Shown here: positions 1 through 7,226 of the stretch, piece after piece
Layout of the letters: each line of letters opens with the position of its first letter
Position numbering within the stretch: position 1 is the first letter of the stretch
DNA from: Candidatus Kaiserbacteria bacterium RIFOXYB1_FULL_46_14
GTDB taxonomy: Bacteria > Patescibacteriota > Minisyncoccia > Phycocordibacterales > UBA918
DNA: 36,966 nt
NCBI GenBank assembly: GCA_001783525.1
Contig: MFMS01000002.1
Location: 74,508-111,473 of the forward strand
Direction: 5' to 3'
Made by a program: the position numbers and the translations under genes
Notes under the pieces: generated by a model
Database searches by the model: none
What the model was told of the DNA's origin: nothing
What the model saw: the letters and a program-made list of their open reading frames with translations, nothing else

Positions 1-1105
1 ACTTCTCTGCCAACTTAACTTTATCTTCGATTGCGTTTGCGTCTGAATACCAGACTAATTGCACAGGTACCTCAACGTTATTATCGGTCGCGTATTTCAA
101 GGCTTGTGCAGTTGCTTTGAGTCCTTTGCTGGTTCCGCTAGGTACGGACATTTTGGCGACTTTCTTAGCTAACGTTTTGTTTTCAATGTAGCTAAAGACA
201 GCCTCGTTTGAGCTACTGCGGCTGACGCTAACCTTTTTCTTACTGGCCAATTTTTTAGCAACTGGCGCATTGATAGCTCCATCACCATCGTAATTCTTGT
301 ACCATTCTGGGGCAACAGTAAGAGTCCACTGACGACCATAGGTCGGTACACCTAGCATAATTTTTTCGGCTGGAATGTCCTTGAGCGCAAGTGTCACCAC
401 TTTTTCTACCCATTCAGGGTCGGAAACTGGCACATATGGTGCACCCTTGCGTGCGTCGTTTAGTTTGAGGTCGGCCCGCTGTTGATCGTATGTCATTAGC
501 TCAACTCGATCGCAGTAAGTAGCGATTGCCTTATAGTCGTTGGCGTATTGTAAGTTGGTGGGCACAGTACGGTAAAGACTATCTGCTGGAGTACGAGCCT
601 CAATAGCACAAGTGAGAAGTTTGCCGTTTAGTTCTGCCTTCAACTCCTTTAGAAATAGCGAGAAGTAGTCTTTGGTCTCGGACATTTTAGATTCGTAATC
701 GATATTGATGCCATCGAATTTTCCCTTTTCAACCATGTTTACTATTTCTTCAATGTGAGCAGATCGTTTGGTGCTATCACTGAGAACAGAATGGATATTT
801 TTACCATCTGACCACATGATTGACGGTATTACTTCCACGTCTTTCTTTTTAGCCGCGCTAAAAAACTTCTTCCATTGGCTTTCTCTTAGTTTTGCTTTAT
901 CGACGAGATTGCCGCTACTCGAGACTTCAAAAGCAAAAGGATAAACGGTATCCAATTTACTCAGCTGTTTGGTGGCACTTTTTAATCCCTTGGTATCCTG
1001 CCACCAAGGAACCCAACCAGAAACTTCGAGAGAAGTGGCCGCGAAGGTAAGGTGGGCTGGAATGAATAGTCCGAGCGCTAGGAAAACAGCAAAAAATCTT
1101 GTCAT
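1..1105 (-). CDS. Secreted glycoside hydrolase family 18-like protein; the 3' end runs off the window and it is absent from the ORF track
   Basis: Hand translation of the reverse strand from the ATG at 1105..1103 stays open to position 1 (about 368 codons). It starts MTRFFAVFLALGLFIPAHLTFAATSLEVSGWVPWWQ, a signal peptide. It then has KFDGINIDYE, a GH18 catalytic block with the D-x-E retained and the middle Asp replaced by Asn, and later VPTYGRQW. Confidence 0.75.
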   Translation of the reverse strand, partial: MTRFFAVFLALGLFIPAHLTFAATSLEVSGWVPWWQDTKGLKSATKQLSKLDTVYPFAFEVSSSGNLVDKAKLRESQWKKFFSAAKKKDVEVIPSIMWSDGKNIHSVLSDSTKRSAHIEEIVNMVEKGKFDGINIDYESKMSETKDYFSLFLKELKAELNGKLLTCAIEARTPADSLYRTVPTNLQYANDYKAIATYCDRVELMTYDQQRADLKLNDARKGAPYVPVSDPEWVEKVVTLALKDIPAEKIMLGVPTYGRQWTLTVAPEWYKNYDGDGAINAPVAKKLASKKKVSVSRSSSNEAVFSYIENKTLAKKVAKMSVPSGTSKGLKATAQALKYATDNNVEVPVQLVWYSDANAIEDKVKLAEK

Positions 1106-1229
1106 ATACTACTTGAGACGATGAAGAGCGAGATTTCTTTCAGTGACCTGAAAGAAATCCCGTTCTTCTGCGTCATAGGGTTTAGGAGGTTCTTAGGGAG
1201 GTTCTTTCAACAGTACAAGGAATGAAGTA

Positions 1230-1592
1230 ATGAAGAAGACATACGTTGTAGTGATGGCCGCCATATCATACTTGGCACTCACCACTACCACATATGCGCG
1301 AGTAGAAACGTGCATGGCATCCTGGTATGGACCGGGTTTCAATGGCCGACTGATGGCCAATGGGAGACCTTTCAATCAGGACAATCCAAACCTTGCGGCA
1401 CACAAAAGCCTGCCGTTTGGCACCAAGTTGGTAATTACCAACTTGAACAATGGTAAGACCCACAAAACAACGGTAACCGATCGTGGACCGTATGTTAAAG
1501 GTCGTTGTGTCGATGTCTCCCGTGCGGGAGCAATCAAATTGGGTTTCATTTCCCGTGGTCATACACGCGTGCGCGTGCAGATTGTGAAATGA
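1230..1592 (+). CDS. rlpA: RlpA-like double-psi beta-barrel (DPBB) lipoprotein/lytic transglycosylase family protein
   Basis: 120 aa with a signal peptide, then ASWYGPGFNGRLMANGRPFN...AAHKSLPFGTKLVITN...VTDRGPYVKGRCVDVSRAGAIKLG, typical of the RlpA DPBB domain. AAGGAA lies 7 nt upstream of the ATG. Confidence 0.85.
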   Translation: MKKTYVVVMAAISYLALTTTTYARVETCMASWYGPGFNGRLMANGRPFNQDNPNLAAHKSLPFGTKLVITNLNNGKTHKTTVTDRGPYVKGRCVDVSRAGAIKLGFISRGHTRVRVQIVK

Positions 1593-1612
1593 TACTCTTC
1601 AGTTCTTTTTTA

Positions 1613-1647
1613 GGGGCAGGGTCGCTACGCGACCCTGCCCCTTTTCT
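1613..1647 (+). terminator. Rho-independent terminator after rlpA
   Basis: Stem ggggcagggtcg (1613..1624) pairs with cgaccctgcccc (1630..1641) around a 5 nt loop, followed by ttttct. Confidence 0.8.
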
Positions 1648-1764
1648 ATAAGGTATAATCGCATTATGCTAAAAACCCTCATTCCTTGGATTGTTGGCTT
1701 CGTCCTGCTTCTGATCGTACATGCGTACATCACAGGCTAGCTCGCAATTTAAGATTCGTTGTCT

Positions 1765-2574
1765 ATGCAGAAATACGTAGTTTTAGAAAAAGCCGTCGGC
1801 GAGACGCCGCTTCAGGCTGTGGAGAAATTTCGTGCCACTCACCCCGAGCTCGTGGGGGTGTCCTTAGCCTATGCCGGCCGCTTAGACCCTATGGCCAGCG
1901 GCAAGTTGCTCATACTAATCGGCGAAGAATGCAAAAACCAAGAGAGTTATCACTCGCTCGACAAAGCTTATCGGTTTGAAGTTTTGTTAGGTTCTTCATC
2001 TGACACTGGCGATATTTTGGGCTTGGTCAATTGGCAAGAAAAAACAAACTTCAGTCAGTCACAATTTCAAAAAGTAACAGCGTCGCTGAGAGGGCCACTG
2101 GCACTTCCTTATCCAAAATTTTCTTCGCGCACAGTAAAAGGCAAACCGCTGCATATTTGGACACTTGAAAACCGCCTTGGTGAGATCGAGATTCCGACCG
2201 CGGAAACTACTATTTATAAACTTGAGTTGGCCGGCGTTCGCACCGAAGCGGCAGAAGTGGTTTATGAAAACGCTCTCTCACGGATTGAACTGATTCCAAA
2301 AGTCGAAGAAGAGTCAAAGGCACTCGGTCGAGACTTTCGTCGGAGTGAGGTGCGAGTTGCTTGGCAAGTCTGGTTGGAGCATCATCGAGGCGAAAAGGTG
2401 CAGATTGCCACCTTTGACTGCATCTCCTCTTCTGGTACATACATGCGCTCTTTGGCTACTGAGATCGGTCGAAGGCTTGGTACTACCGCATTGGCGTATT
2501 CAATCCACCGAAGCATCATTGGAAAGTATCGTACTTTACCGCTTGGTTTGGGTTTTTGGTCAAAGCGATTCTAA
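1765..2574 (+). CDS. truB: TruB-family tRNA pseudouridine synthase
   Basis: AYAGRLDPMASGKLLILIGEECK and KAYRFEVLLGSSSDTGDILG match the TruB catalytic Asp motif and motif III. The track start at 1759 is a TTG; the first ATG is at 1765. Confidence 0.8.
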   Translation: MQKYVVLEKAVGETPLQAVEKFRATHPELVGVSLAYAGRLDPMASGKLLILIGEECKNQESYHSLDKAYRFEVLLGSSSDTGDILGLVNWQEKTNFSQSQFQKVTASLRGPLALPYPKFSSRTVKGKPLHIWTLENRLGEIEIPTAETTIYKLELAGVRTEAAEVVYENALSRIELIPKVEEESKALGRDFRRSEVRVAWQVWLEHHRGEKVQIATFDCISSSGTYMRSLATEIGRRLGTTALAYSIHRSIIGKYRTLPLGLGFWSKRF

Positions 2575-2613
2575 TTGACCAAATCAGGCTTTTCTGGTAT
2601 CTTGGCGGAACTT

Positions 2614-2793
2614 ATGTCACAGGATAAATTGATAAAAATTGTCTCCAAGGGCGACGCCAAAGGCGTTGGTAAAGGTGATGTTTACTACACGCGTTTCAAT
2701 AACAAGAATAAGAAAGACCCAAGCAAGAAGCTTTCTCTAAAGAAATACAACAAGAAGACCAGGACTCACCAGGACTACACCCAGAAGAAATAA
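2614..2793 (+). CDS. rpmG: 50S ribosomal protein L33 (Cys-less form)
   Basis: MSQDKLIKIVSKGD..GDVYYTRFNNKNKKDPSKKLSLKKYNKKTRTHQDYTQKK aligns to the L33 pattern (KIKLVS...YTT.KNKR..P.KLEL.KY.P..R.H..Y.E.K). The track start at 2575 is a TTG; the ATG at 2614 gives a typical 59 aa protein. Confidence 0.75.
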   Translation: MSQDKLIKIVSKGDAKGVGKGDVYYTRFNNKNKKDPSKKLSLKKYNKKTRTHQDYTQKK

Positions 2794-2794
2794 G

Positions 2795-2822
2795 AAAATC
2801 CGCCAAACGGCGGATTTTTTTG
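2795..2822 (+). terminator. Rho-independent terminator after rpmG
   Basis: aaaatccgcc / aaac / ggcggatttt followed by ttt. Confidence 0.8.
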
Positions 2823-2828
2823 TGGGTG

Positions 2829-2875
2829 GGCAGGGTGGTGGCTGTCTGACGACAACTACCACCCTGCCGTTTTCA
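2829..2875 (+). terminator. Second terminator-like hairpin, in tandem with the rpmG terminator
   Basis: ggcagggtggt (2829..2839) pairs with accaccctgcc (2858..2868). An inner tgtc/gaca stem is also possible. gttttc follows. Confidence 0.5.
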
Positions 2876-2892
2876 CCTTATTCCCAGCCCCC

Positions 2893-2920
2893 TTGACTTT
2901 TAGCATTGTTCGGGTATTGT
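2893..2920 (+). promoter_or_regulatory. Sigma70-like promoter of an orphan small transcription unit
   Basis: TTGACT (2893..2898), a 16 nt spacer, then TATTGT (2915..2920). It lies directly after two terminators and 10 nt before the ATG at 2931. Confidence 0.45.
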
Positions 2921-2930
2921 AGGCAAACTC

Positions 2931-3092
2931 ATGAGTATCACACTCGTGGGTAGAACTTGGAGGTTCCATGGTGAGGAAGATGAATTTGAGTTTGGAACTT
3001 TGCGACAATACGATGTCGATCGGCGTCGCCGGCGATTCCTGATCGGCCAGCGGCCGCTCGGAAAGGAGGAGACTGACCAACAACCCTGCTAG
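2931..3092 (+). CDS. Candidate 53 aa small protein (hypothetical); below the ORF-track cutoff
   Basis: Hand translation gives MSITLVGRTWRFHGEEDEFEFGTLRQYDVDRRRRRFLIGQRPLGKEETDQQPC, then TAG at 3090..3092. It is bracketed by the promoter-like element above and by terminators at 3164 and 3217. I recognise no family. Confidence 0.3.
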   Translation: MSITLVGRTWRFHGEEDEFEFGTLRQYDVDRRRRRFLIGQRPLGKEETDQQPC

Positions 3093-3163
3093 ATCATCGC
3101 ACTGTCAAGGTGATGGATGAGATAGGTCAGGGCCGGTTCCTTTAGATAATTGAGCACACACAC

Positions 3164-3202
3164 AGGACCTCGTCACTTCAGTAGACGAGGTCCTTTCTTT
3201 TG
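3164..3202 (+). terminator. Rho-independent terminator (plus strand)
   Basis: aggacctcgtc (3164..3174), a 9 nt loop, gacgaggtcct (3184..3194), then ttcttttg. Confidence 0.7.
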
Positions 3203-3216
3203 CCAAAATATTTCTG

Positions 3217-3250
3217 GCTCGTTACGAAAGTAATGAGCTTTTATTTTTTA
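3217..3250 (+). terminator. Second plus-strand terminator hairpin
   Basis: gctcgttac / gaaa / gtaatgagc (one G-U pair, GNRA loop), followed by ttttatttttta. Confidence 0.55.
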
Positions 3251-3251
3251 T

Positions 3252-3284
3252 AGAGAAAAGGCGGCGGGCCGAAGGCCCGCCGCC
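3252..3284 (-). terminator. Rho-independent terminator of the aldolase gene
   Basis: On the minus strand: GGCGGCGGGCC TTC GGCCCGCCGCC, followed by TTTTCTCT. Confidence 0.8.
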
Positions 3285-3301
3285 CAATCGTCATCGATAG
3301 T

Positions 3302-4309
3302 TTAAAGTGCTCCTTGATCAGCCTTGCAGTTTCTTTCAAATACTTCTACCAATATTTTTTGCGCCGCAGGTACGTTTTCTGCTTTGCCCTTCCAAGCTTC
3401 TTGTACGGGTTGCTCGATACCGCGAGAGAAGGAGAAGGCTAGCTTCCATGGTAATTTGCCGTTGGCCTTTTCCAGTTTACCGATGGCGTTAAAATTTGCG
3501 GTCGCTTGTTCTGGTGATTGTCCGCCAGAAAGAAATACCACTCCAGCAACTTCACTTGGTACGCAATCTTGGAGAACTTTCAGGGTCGCTTCCGCTACTT
3601 CTTCCGGCGTGCTCTGCTTAGGATTTTTATTTCCAGAGAGAACCATACTGGTTTTTAAGATCACGGCCTTTAGGTCCACTCGGTATTGTTGAAGTACGGC
3701 AAACAAAGTCTTTAATGTAAGGGTTGTCACTTCTGCCGCGCGAGCAATATCGTGCGCGCCTTCATATAGTACTTCTGGTTCAACGATCGGTACTATCCCT
3801 GCTTCGTGGCAGAGACGAGCATAGCGCGCTAATAAAAGGCAATTCAATTTGATGCTGTCGTGAGTCGGCAGGCCATCACCAATCGAGATAACCGCACGCC
3901 ATTTGGCGGCGCGTGCTCCCATTTTGTAATACTCATCGAGTCGCTCGCGAAGTCCGTCTAGTCCTTCCGTCACCACCTCTCCAGGGAAACCATCTAGGGG
4001 TACGGTACTTTTATCCACTTTGATGATCGGGACAATACCTTTGGCAATCAGGAAATCAACGAAAGCAGTACCATCGTCGGTGTGGTTGCGGATCGTAGCA
4101 TCGTAAAGAATGATACCGGTTACGTATTTTTCGATACCTGGAGTAGTGAAAAGAAGTTGACGATAAAGACGGCGGGTTTCTGGATCCGGAGTGGCACCGA
4201 TCCCTTCAAGCTGCTTATTCATCGTGTTGATACTTTGGTCGGCGGCCAAAATACCTTTGCTTTCGGTAAGAAGAAGCGTGGCTGTTTTGTAAAGTTGTTC
4301 GTTATTCAT
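3302..4309 (-). CDS. fba: Class I (Schiff-base) fructose-bisphosphate aldolase
   Basis: GILAADQS, ILKTSMV (position of the Schiff-base Lys) and VVFLSGGQSPEQATANFNAI closely match class I FBA signatures. The track start at 4396 would overlap the upstream permease and run through a 16 bp hairpin. The ATG at 4309 (MNNEQLYK...) is preferred. Confidence 0.9.
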   Translation of the reverse strand: MNNEQLYKTATLLLTESKGILAADQSINTMNKQLEGIGATPDPETRRLYRQLLFTTPGIEKYVTGIILYDATIRNHTDDGTAFVDFLIAKGIVPIIKVDKSTVPLDGFPGEVVTEGLDGLRERLDEYYKMGARAAKWRAVISIGDGLPTHDSIKLNCLLLARYARLCHEAGIVPIVEPEVLYEGAHDIARAAEVTTLTLKTLFAVLQQYRVDLKAVILKTSMVLSGNKNPKQSTPEEVAEATLKVLQDCVPSEVAGVVFLSGGQSPEQATANFNAIGKLEKANGKLPWKLAFSFSRGIEQPVQEAWKGKAENVPAAQKILVEVFERNCKADQGAL

Positions 4310-4323
4310 TCCAGATAGTATAG

Positions 4324-4358
4324 CAACACGGCGGACAGCAAAGCTGTCCGCCGTGTTG
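4324..4358 (-). other. 16 bp perfect hairpin between the ABC permease stop and the aldolase -10 element
   Basis: caacacggcggacagc / aaa / gctgtccgccgtgttg. There is no U-tract on the minus strand. It abuts TATACT (complement of 4317..4322). Confidence 0.5.
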
Positions 4359-4377
4359 ATTCCGGAAGCGTAGTGTA

Positions 4378-5142
4378 TTAGGTACGGATCTTCCAACCGA
4401 TGCGGAATAAGTGTGTCACCAACACACCAAGTAATACAATAAGAGAAATTATCATTACTAGGCCGATAGTACTGTTGGCTTCACTGTATCCAATCATGCT
4501 GCTCCGTACTCCGTCAGCAAAATAGAAGAAAGGATTTACTTTTGTTAGCAATACTGCAGTTGAAGGTAGGAATGTAATTGAGTAAAAAATTCCGCCTAAG
4601 TAAGTGAGTGGAGTAATAATAAAAGTGTTAAGAACTTGCAGTTGTTCAAAACTCTCTGCCCATAGAGCGACCAATATGCCGAGCATGGCGAAAATTGATG
4701 CGATAGATGCAATGTAAAAGATGAACCAGAATGGATGTGTGAGCGTGACTGCGCCAAACAAAACCCCGACTCCAAGAATCAGAAACGACACCATCATGGC
4801 TCTGGTTACAGCGCTGCCGACAAAGCCGATCAGCATTTCTATGTAGGAAAAAGGCGCGATGAGGATTTCCTCGATTCCTTTAGTAAAGCGCATGAAGTAC
4901 AGAGCGGATGAGGCGCTAGCAAATGAGGAGTTGATAATAGATAACATCAATACTCCAGGGAAGACGAAGGAGATGTAGGGTACGCCAGCAAAATCATCAA
5001 TCCTGGTTCCTATCACTGAACCAAAAATAAAGATGTACAACGCGGCCGATATGGCAGGCGCGACTAGGGTCTGTATAACCACTCGCAAAGTACGTTGTAC
5101 TTCGCGGCGCAACATTGTGTAAAGACCAATCCAATTCATCAT
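4378..5142 (-). CDS. ABC-2 type transporter permease
   Basis: 254 aa with six predicted hydrophobic spans. The N-terminus LRREVQRTLRVVIQTLVAPAISAALYIFIFG is typical of ABC-2 permeases. It lies 3 nt downstream of an ABC ATPase gene. Confidence 0.8.
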   Translation of the reverse strand: MMNWIGLYTMLRREVQRTLRVVIQTLVAPAISAALYIFIFGSVIGTRIDDFAGVPYISFVFPGVLMLSIINSSFASASSALYFMRFTKGIEEILIAPFSYIEMLIGFVGSAVTRAMMVSFLILGVGVLFGAVTLTHPFWFIFYIASIASIFAMLGILVALWAESFEQLQVLNTFIITPLTYLGGIFYSITFLPSTAVLLTKVNPFFYFADGVRSSMIGYSEANSTIGLVMIISLIVLLGVLVTHLFRIGWKIRT

Positions 5143-5145
5143 ATA

Positions 5146-5883
5146 CTAAGCTGGTTTTTCACTCTTGATAATCTCCAGGTATGTTTGCTCGACTGACTTC
5201 CCTTCTTTCATAAACTCATCTTTGGTACCATGCGCGATAATTCGGCCGTGGTTGATGATCGCGATGTCGTTGCATAGATACTGAATCTCTTCTAGGTAAT
5301 GAGAGGTTAGGATGATGGTTTTGCCGCCCTCATTCATTTCTTTGAGATAAGCCCACAAGTCGTGCCTTTGCTCCACGTCCACTCCGGCGGTTGGTTCGTC
5401 TAAGATAAGTAGGTCAGGGGTGTGAATCAGAGCGCGACCAAGCAGGGCGCGGCGCTTTAAACCGCCAGACAATTTCTGAAACTTTACCTTGCGGTGCTTT
5501 TCAAGATCAAAGCGTGCAATTAATTCGTTTATTTTTTCCCAGCGCTGATCGTGTGGAATGCCGTAATAGCCGCCCATGTAGTCCATTAGTTGTTCTGGTG
5601 TGGCAAAGATGTCCACGTTGAACTCTTGTGGGGATAGACCGACTTTGGTGCGAGCAAGTTTGTAGTCTTTAACAACATCGACGCCGTCGATCAATATCTG
5701 TCCGGAGGTAGGCTGAGTGATGCCAGTGATTGAGTGGATGGTGGTTGATTTACCCGCACCGTTTGGTCCGAGTAAACCAAAAAAACTCCCCTTTGGAATG
5801 GTGAGAGAGATATTGTCGACAGCGACCTTCTCGCCGTATCTCTTAACTAGATTTTTAATTTCGAGAGCTGGAACGTTAGACAT
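5146..5883 (-). CDS. ABC transporter ATP-binding protein
   Basis: Walker A GPNGAGKST, signature LSGGLKRR and Walker B LLILDEPTAGVD. The track start at 5907 is a TTG; the ATG at 5883 (MSNVPALEIKNL) follows TATAAT by 6 nt. Confidence 0.9.
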   Translation of the reverse strand: MSNVPALEIKNLVKRYGEKVAVDNISLTIPKGSFFGLLGPNGAGKSTTIHSITGITQPTSGQILIDGVDVVKDYKLARTKVGLSPQEFNVDIFATPEQLMDYMGGYYGIPHDQRWEKINELIARFDLEKHRKVKFQKLSGGLKRRALLGRALIHTPDLLILDEPTAGVDVEQRHDLWAYLKEMNEGGKTIILTSHYLEEIQYLCNDIAIINHGRIIAHGTKDEFMKEGKSVEQTYLEIIKSEKPA

Positions 5884-5902
5884 TTGACTATTATAGCAAA
5901 TT

Positions 5903-5930
5903 AACAAAAATGCCGCGTGAGGGGCGGCAT
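5903..5930 (-). terminator. Rho-independent terminator after the 89 aa Cys-rich ORF
   Basis: On the minus strand: ATGCCGC, a 7 nt loop, GCGGCAT, followed by TTTTTGTT. Confidence 0.65.
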
Positions 5931-5948
5931 TAATTAAATCGAGCAGTA

Positions 5949-6218
5949 TTATAGTGGCAGTTCAGCCAATTGGCTCAGTATGTGCTCCATCATAAAGACG
6001 GAGACACTCCTTTGTTTGGCGGCTTCCAAAAGTTTTTTGGTTTCCTCCTCGCTTCGATATTTTATCGAAGCTTCAAGTTCCACGCGCTCCTGATCCGGCA
6101 AAAGCCGGATTTCCTGAAGCATCTGCTCATGCTTCATTTGAACCATTTTAGTCCTGCAGATATCGCATAGATTGTCTGGGCAGTTCCTGTTCCTGCACAA
6201 GGCTCTGTTTTTGCGCAT
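5949..6218 (-). CDS. Hypothetical 89 aa protein with an N-terminal CX4CX4CX2C cluster
   Basis: An ATG start with AAGGAGAG 7 nt upstream, and its own terminator. The N-terminus is MRKNRALCRNRNCPDNLCDIC and the remainder is predicted helical. I recognise no family. Confidence 0.6.
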   Translation of the reverse strand: MRKNRALCRNRNCPDNLCDICRTKMVQMKHEQMLQEIRLLPDQERVELEASIKYRSEEETKKLLEAAKQRSVSVFMMEHILSQLAELPL

Positions 6219-6274
6219 CGACGTCTCTCCTTGACGTTTATTAATCCAGATTGCATAGTAGCACGAATATATTT

Positions 6275-7081
6275 ATGGATCAAAGTGAGGAGTGGCTGTT
6301 GAAGGAGAAGTACAATGGCGAAAAATGCGAAGCATTTTTCGCTGATTTGAAGCGGCTTACCGCAGGCGAGCCGCTTGGTTATGTCATCGGGCATGCCCCT
6401 TTTCTTAATTGTAAGATCTTTCTTGATTCACATCCGCTAATCCCCCGCCCCGAAACAGAATACTGGGTAGAGAAAGCGATTAAGGAGATAGAGAAAGCGG
6501 GCAAGGCTTCGCCTCGCCCGCTCCGCATCCTCGACCTCTGTGCTGGGTCGGGCGCTATCGGTGTTGCAGTCGCCAAAGCTGTACCAAGTGCCGAAGTGAC
6601 TTTCGTTGAGATTGATCCTTCACACTTACCGACCATAGAAAAAAACATCACCCAAAACCTTTCGATTAATCGAAAGGTTTTGGGTGAAAGATTTGTTGTG
6701 ATAGAAAGCGATTTGTTTTCTAAAGTTGAAGGAGAATTCGATTTTATCCTTACCAATCCTCCATACATTGACCCGGCTATAGACCGCACAGAGGAGAATG
6801 TAAAAAACTTTGAACCACACTTAGCACTTTATGGTGGAGTGAACGGGGTGGAACTGATTGCGCGTCTTATTGCTGAAGCTCCACAATATCTTTCAGACAA
6901 CGGTCAGCTTTGGATCGAACACGAGCCGGAGCAAACCGAAATGATTTCAAAATTAGCTTTCGACAACCTTGGGTCGATTCAAACCCTTCCCGACCAATAC
7001 GGAATAGAACGTTATTCAATTCTAAATTTTAAACCAGACAACTTAATAATTGGCACCTATCCCATAGAACCACGTAGGTAG
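6275..7081 (+). CDS. prmC: Release-factor glutamine N5-methyltransferase (PrmC/HemK)
   Basis: GYVIGHAPFLNCKIFLDSHPLIPRPETE, SAM motif ILDLCAGSGAIG and catalytic FILTNPPYI. The track start at 6251 is a TTG; the first ATG is at 6275. Confidence 0.85.
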   Translation: MDQSEEWLLKEKYNGEKCEAFFADLKRLTAGEPLGYVIGHAPFLNCKIFLDSHPLIPRPETEYWVEKAIKEIEKAGKASPRPLRILDLCAGSGAIGVAVAKAVPSAEVTFVEIDPSHLPTIEKNITQNLSINRKVLGERFVVIESDLFSKVEGEFDFILTNPPYIDPAIDRTEENVKNFEPHLALYGGVNGVELIARLIAEAPQYLSDNGQLWIEHEPEQTEMISKLAFDNLGSIQTLPDQYGIERYSILNFKPDNLIIGTYPIEPRR

Positions 7082-7226
7082 TGATTTGCGCAGTTATCCC
7101 CAACTGGCAGTCAAAAAAGTGTGTGGTCGTCTTTCTAGCATGATGTATAATTTAATGGTCAATGTTTTTACATTGACCCATAACCTGATGCTAACTCCTT
7201 ATTAGTTTAATAGTCGTTTTTAAAAA

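Noticed and set aside
1590-1592. Possibility of an alternative genetic code (UGA recoded), as in some reduced-genome lineages
   Set aside because: All conserved genes are open under the standard code, and TGA terminates rlpA at the expected protein end. There is no sign of in-frame TGA within conserved domains.
3025-3032. GC palindrome cgccggcg seen here and again at 7641..7648 inside AT-rich spacers; considered as a dispersed repeat
   Set aside because: Only the 8-mer core is shared and the flanks differ. Two occurrences of an 8-mer in 37 kb are compatible with chance.
2856-3083. 75 aa minus-strand ORF in the rpmG/fba gap
   Set aside because: It has a TTG start with no SD or promoter, and it ends inside a hairpin. 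The plus strand has promoter-like and terminator signals instead.
3155-3164. (CA)5 dinucleotide run
   Set aside because: It is too short to be a meaningful microsatellite or phase-variation tract, and it sits in a non-coding 3' region.
2823-3300. Possible SRP RNA, tmRNA or RNase P RNA in the long gap
   Set aside because: I could not find the hallmark sequences on either strand: the SRP GGAA/AGCA domain IV motif, the tmRNA tag ORF with a tRNA-like CCA end, or the RNase P GGAAAGUCCGG P4 region. A covariance-model scan is still needed.
4310-4396. N-terminal extensions of several track ORFs (aldolase, ABC ATPase, prmC, hisS, rpoD, rpoB, helicase, truB, rpmG)
   Set aside because: The extensions start at TTG/GTG codons. 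They add non-conserved residues, and in several cases they overlap the upstream gene or run through a promoter or hairpin. Internal ATGs match the family N-termini.
7093-7101. TTATCCCCA, one mismatch from a DnaA box, just after prmC
   Set aside because: It is a single isolated near-match. There is no cluster of boxes, no AT-rich unwinding element, and no dnaA/dnaN nearby.
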